Of a stretch of DNA of 59,541 nucleotides, positions 38,799-50,261 are shown piece by piece (position 1 is the first letter of the stretch; each line of letters begins with the position of its first letter). The DNA lies in contig MU271467.1 of NCBI GenBank assembly GCA_021432655.1, forward strand, positions 1-59,541, read 5' to 3'. Under the pieces are notes generated by a model. That model was not told the DNA's origin. It made no database searches and saw only the letters and a list, made by a program, of their open reading frames with translations. The stretch comes from Atractiella rhizophila. Its lineage: Eukaryota. The position numbers and the translations under genes are program-made.

Positions 38799-41654
38799 CT
38801 ATACGGAAGAAACAATCTCATCAGCTTTCTGGAGAGCCTCCACCATCTTTGCGCATTCCTTCCTCCTATTAACAACATACTACAACCAGCACATTAGCAT
38901 CACGTAGCTTCATGGCGAAAGGAAACGCACGTCTGATTCTTTGAGTAGCTCGTCGAGGACGTCAGGGCGGTAGAGTTCCTTGAGAAGTTCTTTCTGTAGC
39001 TCCTCTTTCGAGTGAGACACAAGATTCAGCATGATTGCTTTCGGGACCATATCAATCATCGTCCTATGTTTGGTCGCATTGAGATAGCTGTACTACAAGC
39101 ACGGGGTAGAGGTACACACCTCTTCGTGATGTTGAAGTAGCTGTTAATGAGAAGCTTGATGACCTCAATCTCCATCTGTTCCCTTTCACTCAAAGCGCCA
39201 GAAGCCTTCAGTTGTTGCGGTGGCTGCGACAAGCTCAGCTCTTGCTCCTTAATTCGATGCGAACACTTACTGGTTCCATAGCAGCCGCTCCCTTCTTCTG
39301 CGCAGCGGTCGGCTTCCTATCCTTATTCCAGAAGCTCCCAAAGAAGCCTTGGTTGTCAGCTTTCAAGTCCACATCAAGGTCCTTGGAGTTGTTGACGGCG
39401 CCTGGCGCCATTTTACCCGTCTTGGGGTCAATCATGGGCTGTGGCGGTCCTTTCGCGGCTTCCATCCTGCGGGACACGAGGTCCATAGCCTTGTGGCCTG
39501 AGATGAAGTCGGGGTGACCAGTGTTCACATAGCAAGCTTCCATGGACACGAGATCAGTTACAAGTTTCTGCGTAGGGTCCATGGCACGTTTGTAGAAGGC
39601 CACAACGACAGAGAAGAAGCGTTGTTTGAGCGCAGGGTAACGGGTAAAGGATTGCTGTTCTCGTTCTCTGAGTTTGATGATGAGCGAATAGATAATGGCA
39701 TACGTTCTTGTTTAGAAGCTGAGAGAGTATGCGAACGAGTTCGTCGTATACCAAAGCACAACACTTAATTGCTGGCGCTTCCTGTTTGCCACTTCAGTGG
39801 TGCATAGTGCCAGCTTTGAGAGAATTCTCACCATCCTCTTGATCTGCTGCTTGATGATGACCTCGAAAGCAGTCGTCCCAACAAAAAGGGCTGGACTTGA
39901 ACCGCTCGAGTTGTAGAGAATAACCCTAACGTCGGAATCTTTAACTTCATCGAATGGGTCAATCCCCTTGATTCCGTTCGAAAAGAGTTCATGAAACACA
40001 AAGGATATCCTAGCACCTCCAGAGAGTTCGTTCAGCGAGAGATCGTTAGAGTTTCCGTCAATTGCCGTCCGATAGTCGTTTGTAAACTCAGTGATAATCT
40101 GCAAGATAACATTGCTCTATTCCAATGCGTTAGCTTTAGGTAGGAATAAAGGAAAAGGGGGATAGACGAACCGAGTTGCCTTCGCCCATAGGTCCACCAA
40201 GAGAAGTGAGCTCCTGCTGGAACCTAACAAGTTGGCTTTGAATTCGAGCTTTGACATCTGGAAGCGTATTTCGAATATGTCCCATAAGTACCTGTTCCAT
40301 TTGACTCAACTCTCCACCCAGCCAATTCAGGTGACAACAAGAAAAGACGCACCATGTTCAACCTCTTCGCCAAATAAGGAGTACCACAAAAGGCGCTCTT
40401 GGCTCTATAACTCGGATGTTCGTCAAAGAATCGCCTCTCGTTCTCCAATGCATCCCTAATCAGCTTTTTGCCATCAATGTCCCTCTGTCCCCTATTCACT
40501 ACGGGGATGAACCCGAGCTTCAAATGGATCACTCTTCCGGCGAGAATATCGACTACATCTGTTCCAACATCCATGAGATCCACTTTCGTCAACACTCCAA
40601 TCGTCCTGTTCCCTTCTGGATCGACATCCCGCGCAAGTTTGAGACCATCAGAATTAGCGAGATCTTGGTTGGCGGGCGTGACGGCAAGGATGACAGAGTT
40701 AGGTTTCGTGATGTATTTAAGGATCATATCCCGGATCTGACGCTCAATGTCCTTCGGTTGGTCTCCCACCTGTCAGTCCATGCTGTCAGTGCCTTCTCTT
40801 GGATATAAACAGTAGAGGAGCTTACAGGAACTCGAGTCAAACCCGGCAAGTCGACAAGGGTAAGAGTGAGGACATTGGGGCTGTAGATTCGCAGGTTGAT
40901 TGGCGCGGGACTGATACCTATTCCGTACCAACCAGCAAGTCAAATCCACATGACGACAATTCATTCCATCCTTCACTGAAAGAGAAACGCACCAGCATTT
41001 TTGCCAGTCTTAAGTTCTGTATCCTTCACAATCTCGTCTCTAATCTTATCAAAATCGAAAAACTTTTCTCCAGGCTTGTGAAGGAACTCTCCCCATTCAT
41101 CCGGGTTGATCTCTTTCGAGCTCCCATTCGGAACCGGAGCAGCAGCAGGAGCGGCATCTCCATTGGCTGTCGCTCCGTTGGCTGTTGGAGCCGGTTGAGA
41201 AGAAGCTGGACGGTTGATAAGTTGTAGGACGAGGGGACGACGAGTGACGATTCCAGCTGCGCACACAAACACGTATCCCTTCAATTCCACTTCTCTTCAA
41301 CCAGGAGACAAAGTACTTACTTCCTCGTGGTAAGAAATCACGTCCGACGATGTTCTAGACCTCGCAGCTTCAGCAAAAGCCGCCACACGACAGCCTCCCC
41401 TTCCTCACCTCAAGAACGGAACTCTTCCCCCTTTTGATAGAATATCTCAGTATAAATGCCTCAGCAAAGATTTAAAAAGCACTAACGAGCTCTGAGAGCC
41501 GACTACAGCGATCTGCGGTAAGTCTATAGCACTCGCACTGAGGCCAACACTCGAAAAGGCGTCTTGCAGCCTACCCCATGAACGTGAATAATTTCCTTGC
41601 CGCAAATATTGAGAATTCTGACCGATTAACTACTTTGATAAGTCCCTGATCCAT
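38799..41654 (-). CDS. VPS1: Dynamin-family GTPase Vps1
   Basis: Starts [10 protein letters not shown]. Contains [59 protein letters not shown], a GFFGSF insert and a GED ending ADEIVSSV. Confidence 0.95.
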
Positions 41655-42558
41655 GGCGAAGGAGTTCTACTGGAAACTTGAATAATTCGAGGAAAGGAAT
41701 AAGTACGCGGTGGCACGGAAAGTGGGAAGTTATAGTCACGCTGTAATTCCGACAGACTATTCTGCTCCTTTGAACTTTGCAGGCATTTTATCTTCCGTGA
41801 AGCAGCATTTCTTTCAGAAATGCCTATGAAAAGGTTGGACAAGTCTTTGTCACATATGGTGTCCTGAATACTTTATTGAAGGTGTTTCGCTTGCTGTTAG
41901 ATCAATTTTCTACCATCCAACTCTCAGCGGATTAGTGTCATACATTGATTGCCTCTGCATTCACAGTGTAGCCATAAAGTTGGTTGTAATAATGCTTTCC
42001 CACCTTGAAAGCTAGGTCCTTTCGTCTGTGACCACTCGAGACGACAGAGCCTCTCAATGGAGAGGTACAAGTCCATAGGTTCTCAAGATGTGAATGCGTA
42101 GATGCTTGATGCCTCAAAAAGTTTGAAAGCAGTTGTTCTATTCTACGACGGCTAGACGACTAGCCGGTAACTATGAGCCTTTCAAATGATCTTTTTGTTC
42201 TGCTCGCCCCCTGGTCAGTGTTACCCTTCATTATGGTTTCATGCCTTCACACAGGACAATGTAAACGAATATTGTAAAGAGTGTCAAAGAAGGCGGTTTT
42301 CGTCCCTAGTTCCATGAATATGACGTCCCGACTCTGCCAAACAGAATTCTTCTATGCCTTTCCATCAGATGGCGTAGAATCCATACGAGCAAGTTGATTT
42401 GTCAACCTCGCTCTTTTTCCAGCTTCAAATAGCGACGGGGAAACTTGTCCTGGACAATGGTTCTGGCTTCTATGTCAATGAAAATGCCCAGATTAATATT
42501 CGTATCAAGCTTCTAGCAAATCTATATCAGACCAGACACGTGAATCCAGTTGATTGGT

Positions 42559-43629
42559 TCAAAACGCTTCGGCCTTTTCAACATAAGGCACCCATCCCCA
42601 CTTATGCTTTGCGAACCAGATTTTATAACCCTCGTCCAAAGCAGTGTGCAAGTTCTGCGGATTTCTGTTGACGTTTGGCTGCTGAACAGAGTCTAATAGT
42701 GGCTCCGTGAAACGTTTCAAGGTGACACCAACTGAATAACGATCTAACACAATGTGCATAAGGTCCTGCTCCACTTTTAGTCCGAATAAAGCTTCTACGG
42801 TAGGAGAAACGAACGTCGACGGTAAAGCCATGGCGGGTCCTTCCTTCTGCAGTTATCCATGTTTCTTGGACCTTTCGTCACGATGAATATTGACTGAACC
42901 GTACAGAGTAATAAACACTTACCCCTCTTCCCAGCCAAATGTCATACTTCTCTTCCTTGCTCTTCAGGACGCAACCACTGCGGTTTGACGACTCGCCTTC
43001 TTCCGAGGTAGTGACTGCAGAGGAAATATAGTAATGTCCCAAATAATCTGGCGAGATGAAGAACGTTATCTCGTCTAGCTTCATTATTGGAGAAGCGAGT
43101 TCCTTCTCCTCTGCAATCACCCGCTGGCTCGCAATCGTGAACGGTAACTCATCCGTAGCCCTAATGTCTAGTAAGTTTCCCTTTGCGGATGCAGAAGGAG
43201 AGAACCGAACCCTAATAACCATCTCTTTGTTTCGTCCTGCCGAACATTCGAGGTCCTACAATAGTGTCATGAGCTTCTCCGGTACCCTGTTAGCGAGTAG
43301 GTTTGTCGCTCTCACTTGGGACGCGGTACCTCTTCAGCTTTCTTCACGACTCGTCGTCTGACATAACTGCACATTTCGACTCCAGCACCTCTCCGCTTCT
43401 GAGCTTCGAGCCAGACGTCCATCAAAGAATGCCTGGCGATGTCGTATGCGAAGACAATAGAAGCCCAGAAATGACATGTGCAACGAAGGGCAATCTGTGT
43501 GAAAGGATCGCATTGCGTTAGAAGGATGTGACAGAGCTCTGGGTAGATGGGATGGCGGTCATCATTCGTGAAGAGGAGGAAGAGTTTGGAAGGTCCACTC
43601 TCTGTGGTTTTTGCTGACCCTATCGCCAT
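42559..43629 (-). CDS. Hypothetical spliced protein, possibly F-box-like
   Basis: PELCHILLTQCDPFTQIALRCTCHFWASIV resembles an F-box. ORF pieces 43629-43330, 43222-42921 and 42850-42559 can be joined through GT-AG introns. Confidence 0.4.
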
Positions 43630-43729
43630 CTTGGTTCGATAAATGCACATTACTAGGATGTTGACAGCAATTTGTCGGTTTCTAAGAGTTCTTATATGCC
43701 AGAAGGTTTGGGTTTGGAAATCCGAATGT

Positions 43730-44148
43730 TGTGGATACGATGACTCCTCCATAGAGTCATGGTTCCCGTCTACTGCTTCGATACTACTTTGGGGAATTCC
43801 CTGTCCTTCCAACACCTCTTCTCTCCCCCATCATTCTTCCCCTCATTGCAACATTCAGGTCACGCATTAGGTGATCCTGTAATGATTGTTAGTATCTCTC
43901 CTTACTCCACTATTTCGTCTCTTATGATTGTTACTTTACTCTCTTGCATCTTCGATGTTTGTTTATGGTATCATTGGTATTTCATGTTTATATAAGGCCT
44001 ATCGTACAGCTATGTAAATTCAGACTTGTTTCCAGTCTCAACCTCGCATCCAGCACTCCCGCATTTCTAACCTTAACCTTTCCGTATACGCCGTATTCAC
44101 AGTTGATCAACTGTGAGGTTAAGCTCTTACCTCTAAGCAGTTTGACCT
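43730..44148 (+). mobile_element. Ty3/Gypsy LTR (about 424 bp, TG...CA) interrupted 5 bp from its 3' end by the Copia insertion
   Basis: Starts TGTGGATAC and has a TATA-like tatataagg near 43990. It is near-identical to the backwards reading of 50447-50868, which ends ...gacct-tacca and is followed by Gypsy gag. Confidence 0.85.
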
Positions 44149-44373
44149 TGTTGATCCTGAGGTTCATCAGAAATGATGGTGACAAAAGATCAACATTTAG
44201 TAATGTAATACTACATAGAAAAGGAGACATACCTGAGGTTCATCAGAAATGATGGTGACAAAAGATGAACCTCAGGCAAATCGAGTGTGCGAAACTAGAC
44301 TACGGGAGCGGACGGAACAATGTCAAGAATGCGGAAACGAGAAACGAAACGAAAATGAGCAAAGCATTCAACA
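44149..44373 (-). repeat. Copia 3' LTR (225 bp) with an internal 35-bp direct repeat and inverted repeats
   Basis: Direct repeat at 44156-44190 and 44232-44266. The terminal TGTTGA/TCAACA is followed by the polypyrimidine tract ctcccactcc. Confidence 0.88.
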
Positions 44374-44562
44374 CTCCCACTCCGTACGCTACCGGAAGAA
44401 TGCGAGAGAAGAGAGAAATGAGGAAGTTCGCGAAGACTACGGGAAATATGTATTTGGTATGGTGGGGTTGGTTCAGAAAAAAAAAATAGGTGCATGGTTT
44501 TGTCGTGAACGAACTCTTGCTTTTGCGAAATGCAATCAAAAGATATTGAAGATTGAAGCGAA

Positions 44563-47500
44563 TTAAGAGAGTATTACACGTTCTCCGATGTCTCGTACGC
44601 CCATGGCGTGAATGCATTGATGAAATGAGTCTTTGGATAGTGGCTTCGTAAGGACATCTGCAATTTGCCGACGGGTTGGAGTATATCGTAGAATGATGTT
44701 TCCTTTCTGAACATTGTCTCGCACCATGTGGTAGCGAAGCAAGAAAGGTTTGCTTTGTGCATGGTGAACCCCGTTGGTTGAGATCTTTATTGCAGCCTCA
44801 TTGTCTTCATAGATGGTAGTGGGAGGCACTACTTCTCCGCTGTTGACGTTATGCACGCTTTCAAGGGCGTCTAGCTCAGCGTAAAGACCTCTTGTCCATA
44901 GAAGATCGGCAGTTGCTTTTGCGGCTGCTCCGTATTCTGCTTCGCCCGAGGACAAAGCAACGACTGATTGAGGTTTTGACTTGAACGTAATTGGTCCTCC
45001 GCAGAGTATGGTTACACGACCCTCTTGCGATTTGAGAGAGGGGAGAAGAGAGGCGAAGGAGGCATCCGCATAAGCATGGAGCGGTCTGCGGTCATTCCCG
45101 TTGAATAGTAGCCCTTTATTTGATGTAGCACTGAGGTAGCGGAATATTTGCTTGACGGCTTTGAAGTGCTCGGGGCCAGGATTGGCTGCGAATCGTTGAA
45201 CGCTTGACAAAGCGTAGGTGATATCAGGCCGTGTGCAAACTGAAAGCCAATTTAAACATCCTGTGGCTTCAAGGAAAGACCAAGCAGGTCTTGTGAGAAG
45301 ATCTTCTTCGGTCCATATGCCGTCGAAAGGCTCAAGCTTGGTCTTCGGATTAGCGGGGACGCTAGCATAACTGTTTGTGAAGCCGAACTTGTCGAGGATG
45401 TTGAGGGTGTAAAGCCTTTGGGTAAGACTGATGGTGCGTTGTTCCCAGTCTCGCTTTACTTCCATTCCGAGGAATTTTCCTACTTCTCCAAGGGTTCTCA
45501 ACGCGAACGACATCCCTAGTTCTTTTTGCAGCTCTTGAACAACACTTCGATCCTTTCCAAGAAGCAGAGTGTCGTCCACATAGACCACTAGGATATATAG
45601 TTTTCCATTTACCTTCTTGGTGAATATGCAGGAATCTGACCATAGAGGGGTCCAGCCTTTCGAGATAAGGTTTGCCTTTAAGGTGTCGAACCAGAGACGG
45701 GCAGCTTCCAAAAGCCCGTACAACCCTTTCTTTAGTAAGTACACTTTCCCTTCGGTGCTTGGTTTTTCGAACCCAGGCAGTTGACGGATAAAGATACGAG
45801 TTTTGGAGGTGTCGATCGAGGAGTTGAGGAACGCGGTTTCGTAATCTGCCTGATAGATTGCCAGATCGTCACGGGCTGCGAGAGCGACAACGGCGCGAAT
45901 GGTTTCACCATTGCTTACAGGGGCAAAGGTGGGGCCTCCCGTTGGAGTCTGAAGGTCTCCTCTAACGCATATTCGTGCCTTTAGACTTTCAAGTTTGCCA
46001 TTGATATCGTATTTGTGTCGGAACGCCCACATAAGTGGTGTAGCAGTTTCTCCTTCTGGGAGATCTATCGGTTCCCCTTCAATTGTTCCGTTAAGGAACT
46101 GCTTCTCCCACTCGTTCCAACACGCCTCCATCCACTCTGCCCCTTCTTCAGTTTTCAACGCCTCCTTCAGACTACGGGGCTCTCGAAGAATCCAGCCATG
46201 GTCCTGCAGCGCTCGTGTAGAGAACATATAGTCGACGGAGTCCGAGAAGTGTGTGGAGGAGGAAACGCTTGCATGTATCGGTGTGGTTTCTTCTCTGTTT
46301 GTTTCCAAGAGCTCATTGGCTTGTATGGACGGTGATGCACTTAGGTCAGGTTCCTCTATGCCGACAGAGGCAAGATCACTTTCCTGTCGCGAGGGTCTTA
46401 CGTCCACCACTACATGCTCGGCCCCATTGCAACTGCCCTCTTTTAACACACTGGAAGCGACTTCGCTTCCCTTCATTTCGGACACAACCCTTGCAATTCG
46501 AAGTCTATCTTTATATTTCGGATCCACCACATAGTCATCGTTGAAGATCCGTTTGTTCGGGATTCGGACTCTCGTGGAGCGACGAGGCGGCAGAGCAGTC
46601 TGCAAGTTGGCTGTATGAGGAGATGTCGTAGGAAGAGGTGGTGGCGGTATGTTGTCTTCATGTCGCGTTTGTGAGTAGTCCGTGATTTTGTCAGGAGAAT
46701 GTTGTTGATTGAGAGAGAGGTCACTTTCCTGAACATCGGGTCTTACGTCCACCCCATCGTGTTTAGCGCCCTCGCAACTGCCCGTACCCAAGTTGTCACC
46801 TATGACATTAATATCTTTCACAGACAAGTTGGTAATTGACGGAGATGGAGCGATTGTCTCCAGAGAGTTGGGAACTGGAGGAGCTTGTCTTACTCCTGAA
46901 TCGGGAAGACTTGGATTGAGTGGTAAGTTTTGGGGAAATTCGTCTATGTTTTCTTCTGACCAGAACGAGTAGTCTTCGAGTCGCTCCGAGCCGGTTCTTC
47001 CTTCAAAATGATTCTCAGCAAAGATAACATGTCGCGCGCGGATCAGTCGACGTTTCTCTGGGTCCCAACAGCGGTGCGACTTGAACATGACGTCTGGCCC
47101 AAGGTAGATGCAGCGGATAGCTTTATCTTCCCACTTCTTCCGCCTCTCCTCTGGAATCAGCGCCCATGCCGTACATCCGAATGTTCGCAAGTATCCAACG
47201 GAAGGAGGTATGCCTTCGAGGGTTGTGAGGGGTATCTGGCCTCGGAGAGAAGAATGTGGCGTTCGATTGTAGACATGTCCAGCAAAATACAGAGCCTCAG
47301 CCCAGAAAGACAGCGGGAGCTTCGCGTGATGGAGCATGGACTTGGCGAGGTTGCGAAGCGTCCGATGGATGCGTTCGGCTATTCCGTTCTCTTGGTGACA
47401 GTAGGGAGTTGTGGCTTTCCATTCTATGTTGTTGAGTTCGAACCAGTTCCTTAGCACATTGTTTACGAACTCCCCTCCTCCATCGACTTTCCATCTTCTG

Positions 47501-49608
47501 ACCTTTCTTTGAGTCTTCGCATGGAGGATGGAGCGGAAGCGTTCGAAGGACGGCATCACGGTTCCTTTTGACTTATCGGGAATAAACTCTTGATGGACAA
47601 CTCTCAAACCCACATCAACATGGACAACAGAATACCAGGCACCTCCTAATGACGCTACTTGCACAGGTCCAGTTAAATCGGATACTACAGACTCGCCAGG
47701 AAGTGTTGGCGGCAGTTCTCTTCTTTCTTTCGACGGAAACGACCCCCTGTGCATCTTCCCCATGACACATCCCTCACATACCAGTTCAGACTCCTTTCCT
47801 TCCAACTTTTCTTTTACCTCCAGACCCCCAACCAGCGATTTCGAGATTAAATCTTTGATCTTCTTGATTCCGACGTGTGCTAGTCTGTTGTGCCAAACCC
47901 TTAGGTCGACAGCTTTTGACACGGTCTCAACGTGAGTACTCGCCTGTTTTGCTTCCCCATTAAGCATGAATAACCCGCCTCTTTCTTTAGCTACTCCCAC
48001 CGTTTGACCTTTATGATTGAATATGGTGCAGCATCCATTCTCGAACACCAGTTTCAATCGTTCATGTGTCGGAAGGGAGAGGCTGACGAGCTTTGATACG
48101 CTAATGAGTGGGCTGGTAAGTGACGGGAGATGAAGGACATTTCGTAGGGTGATATTCGTAAGCGGTTGACCGTGTTGATCAATTGTCGCATACGTTGTCG
48201 TTCCCTTTGTTGCAATCGAAATCACTCTTCCATCGGCAACCTCGATTGACCCGTTGTGAGATTCCTGATTCGCAATGTAGTCGATTGGAAAGACATGGGA
48301 TGTGCATGCAGAGTCAATTGCTGCCGTGCTGGACTTGTCAAGAGACAGTTTAGCGGTGTTGATCTCCTCAACGAGACGAGCTTGATCGTGAATAGAGAAA
48401 GTGGAATTGGCGTCAGGAGTGCTTGAGAAGTCTGAACTGAAATCGGACATATTGAGGAGGAGCTTCGCCTTTTCAGGCAAAGACGTGCCATCGATGGACG
48501 GAGAGGCGGAATCTTTGGCCTTTGACTTTGTGTTCGCCGTTCCATCTTTAAACTTGAACCAGTGAGGAGCTCCGCTGCGATTTGCTTCGAGTTCCCAGCA
48601 ACGATCAGCAGTGTGGGAGCGTAATTGACAGTGAGGACAAGGTGGAAACCGATTGAGCGTGCCTCTTTTTCCTCTTTCGCTGCTGGCACTCCCACTGTTT
48701 CCACTACTCCCACTGTTTCTCACTGGGGCTGCTGTTCGTGCGATCAGCGCTTGCTCCTGAGCTTTTTGAACTTCGCTGAGTCCTTCCTCAAGCATGATTG
48801 TGTTGATTGTATTGGAGATCCATTCAGGAGTAAAATCGACTAGTGTTGCCAGCGAGGATTTGGTCGCTTGGAGGGCTGAAAAATATGGTTTCATCTTGTC
48901 ACGAATAGCGTCAGGGAGAGTGGCTTGAAGGTGAGCAGAAAATATGATTGACTTCCAGGCTTCCTTCGTCAACTGGTCCTCGCCAACATACTTGACAAAA
49001 TCCGTCAGATTCTTCTCCAGGGCTGCCATATGCTCCGTCCAATGTTGTGGAGTAGAACCAGTGAAGTGTGTGCGTGCGAAAGCGCTCCAAGCGGTGACGG
49101 CGTAGAGGTGATTTGCGGCATCGTACTCCTTCTTCAGCCAATCCCAGGCTTCTTTTGCCTTTTCTTGCAAGTCGTTGGCCTTTATTCTCGCTTTAATGCC
49201 ATCGGAAAGGGATTCATAAAGGAGAGCTGAGGCCTGAAGGTTTTTGTTTTTCCATGCGATGGAGTGCTGGTCGAAGAGGTAAAGATGTCCACCGTAGCGC
49301 GTTTCATCTGGTACTTTCTCATCGCCAGACGTCACTAGCCAGAGCTGTTGACTTCGAAGGGATTGGTAGGCGTCCTCTTTCCAAGCGCGATAGTTTGGGC
49401 CTTCGAGGATGGTGGGAATTTTTCGTGTGGAGGAAGAGAGCGGCGGAGAGAGAGGTAAGGCATCCATGATGATGATTGTGCGTTCTTCGGGTTCTGGAGC
49501 TGGACTGCGAATGCGACCTGGTACTGTTGATGGCTCTGGAGTTGCGAGACCGTGGGCGAGTAGATCTTCCGGTAGAGATGCTTTGTCTGATCTTGGTGAT
49601 CTTGACAT
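44563..49608 (-). CDS. Copia gag-pol polyprotein (1681 aa)
   Basis: Zn knuckle CPHCQLRSHTADRC, protease IDSACTSH, pre-integrase WHNRLAH..CEGC, integrase D-D-E (SDLTGP, VDGGGEF, ENGIAER), RT YVDD and RNase H (YADAS, EAEY, YEDN, ADVLTK). The PR-IN-RT-RH order is Copia. Confidence 0.97.
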   Translation of the reverse strand: MSRSPRSDKASLPEDLLAHGLATPEPSTVPGRIRSPAPEPEERTIIIMDALPLSPPLSSSTRKIPTILEGPNYRAWKEDAYQSLRSQQLWLVTSGDEKVPDETRYGGHLYLFDQHSIAWKNKNLQASALLYESLSDGIKARIKANDLQEKAKEAWDWLKKEYDAANHLYAVTAWSAFARTHFTGSTPQHWTEHMAALEKNLTDFVKYVGEDQLTKEAWKSIIFSAHLQATLPDAIRDKMKPYFSALQATKSSLATLVDFTPEWISNTINTIMLEEGLSEVQKAQEQALIARTAAPVRNSGSSGNSGSASSERGKRGTLNRFPPCPHCQLRSHTADRCWELEANRSGAPHWFKFKDGTANTKSKAKDSASPSIDGTSLPEKAKLLLNMSDFSSDFSSTPDANSTFSIHDQARLVEEINTAKLSLDKSSTAAIDSACTSHVFPIDYIANQESHNGSIEVADGRVISIATKGTTTYATIDQHGQPLTNITLRNVLHLPSLTSPLISVSKLVSLSLPTHERLKLVFENGCCTIFNHKGQTVGVAKERGGLFMLNGEAKQASTHVETVSKAVDLRVWHNRLAHVGIKKIKDLISKSLVGGLEVKEKLEGKESELVCEGCVMGKMHRGSFPSKERRELPPTLPGESVVSDLTGPVQVASLGGAWYSVVHVDVGLRVVHQEFIPDKSKGTVMPSFERFRSILHAKTQRKVRRWKVDGGGEFVNNVLRNWFELNNIEWKATTPYCHQENGIAERIHRTLRNLAKSMLHHAKLPLSFWAEALYFAGHVYNRTPHSSLRGQIPLTTLEGIPPSVGYLRTFGCTAWALIPEERRKKWEDKAIRCIYLGPDVMFKSHRCWDPEKRRLIRARHVIFAENHFEGRTGSERLEDYSFWSEENIDEFPQNLPLNPSLPDSGVRQAPPVPNSLETIAPSPSITNLSVKDINVIGDNLGTGSCEGAKHDGVDVRPDVQESDLSLNQQHSPDKITDYSQTRHEDNIPPPPLPTTSPHTANLQTALPPRRSTRVRIPNKRIFNDDYVVDPKYKDRLRIARVVSEMKGSEVASSVLKEGSCNGAEHVVVDVRPSRQESDLASVGIEEPDLSASPSIQANELLETNREETTPIHASVSSSTHFSDSVDYMFSTRALQDHGWILREPRSLKEALKTEEGAEWMEACWNEWEKQFLNGTIEGEPIDLPEGETATPLMWAFRHKYDINGKLESLKARICVRGDLQTPTGGPTFAPVSNGETIRAVVALAARDDLAIYQADYETAFLNSSIDTSKTRIFIRQLPGFEKPSTEGKVYLLKKGLYGLLEAARLWFDTLKANLISKGWTPLWSDSCIFTKKVNGKLYILVVYVDDTLLLGKDRSVVQELQKELGMSFALRTLGEVGKFLGMEVKRDWEQRTISLTQRLYTLNILDKFGFTNSYASVPANPKTKLEPFDGIWTEEDLLTRPAWSFLEATGCLNWLSVCTRPDITYALSSVQRFAANPGPEHFKAVKQIFRYLSATSNKGLLFNGNDRRPLHAYADASFASLLPSLKSQEGRVTILCGGPITFKSKPQSVVALSSGEAEYGAAAKATADLLWTRGLYAELDALESVHNVNSGEVVPPTTIYEDNEAAIKISTNGVHHAQSKPFLLRYHMVRDNVQKGNIILRYTPTRRQIADVLTKPLSKDSFHQCIHAMGVRDIGERVILS

Positions 49609-49854
49609 AAAAGTTTGTGTGTTGGACGAGGGAAGTTGAGTTACACACGTCCGTAACGCGTCACGTTTATTTGACTGTGTTTACAGATGTTGATGGAAGG
49701 TGGATCTGTATTAAGCGGGAAGGTTGCTTGTTTGGTAAGGATCTTTTGGGCTCATAACCTGTTGATCCTGAGGTTCATCAGAAATGATGGTGACAAAAGA
49801 TCAACATTTAGTAATGTAATACTACATAGAAAAGGAGACATACCTGAGGTTCAT

Positions 49855-49879
49855 NNNNNNNNNNNNNNNNNNNNNNNNN
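49855..49879. other. Assembly gap (25 N)
   Basis: Run of N in the sequence. Confidence 1.
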
Positions 49880-50261
49880 ACAAGACACGGAATTCACTTT
49901 CCATGGTAACCGCTCGTGGCAGAGCTTCTTTCCGTCGCCGCCTCCACCACATCAACCGCATTCCTTGGCTCAACAGGAAGTTGACCAGGAGGTGGTTCGA
50001 ATAGGTGCGTTGCTGTAGGAGATTTATTGGTGGGAATATCTGGACCTCGAGACGAGCTTCTCAAGGGAAGGCTCGCCTACGATGGAACAAGACCCGCTAG
50101 CATTCCCGAAGATCCGACCGCTCCTCCGACAGCTTAGCCAAAAGCGCTCGACGCGACTCAACATAAACAAGCTCCTCTACAACTATGAGACGAAGACTTT
50201 AGCATTATCAACCACCCGACCTTCTAACCACCCCCACACCTCTGTAGCATCGCCCTAGGTA
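49880..50261. mobile_element. Gypsy gag N-terminus, legible only by reading 50261->49880 backwards without complementing
   Basis: Reads MDPATMSPHPHQ...LEDVVAWISLVEDQLKDNSVPYANYTTSAAAFLRDGARQWYLSLKAQN. The final base a plus ct at 58561 gives T-WEEFK in frame. Confidence 0.9.

Larger units (their letters stand above)
44149..49854 (-). mobile_element. Ty1/Copia LTR retrotransposon, apparently intact; right LTR truncated by the N gap
   Basis: LTRs at 44149-44373 (TGTTGA...TCAACA) and 49760->49854 are identical over the 95 comparable bases. PBS GGTTATGAGCCC (minus strand) at 49748-49759; PPT at 44374-44383; single gag-pol ORF. Confidence 0.95.

Noticed and set aside
44156..44266. 35-bp repeats with a 41-bp spacer resembling a CRISPR unit
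   Set aside because: There are only two copies, they lie inside a retrotransposon LTR in a eukaryote, and no cas genes are present.
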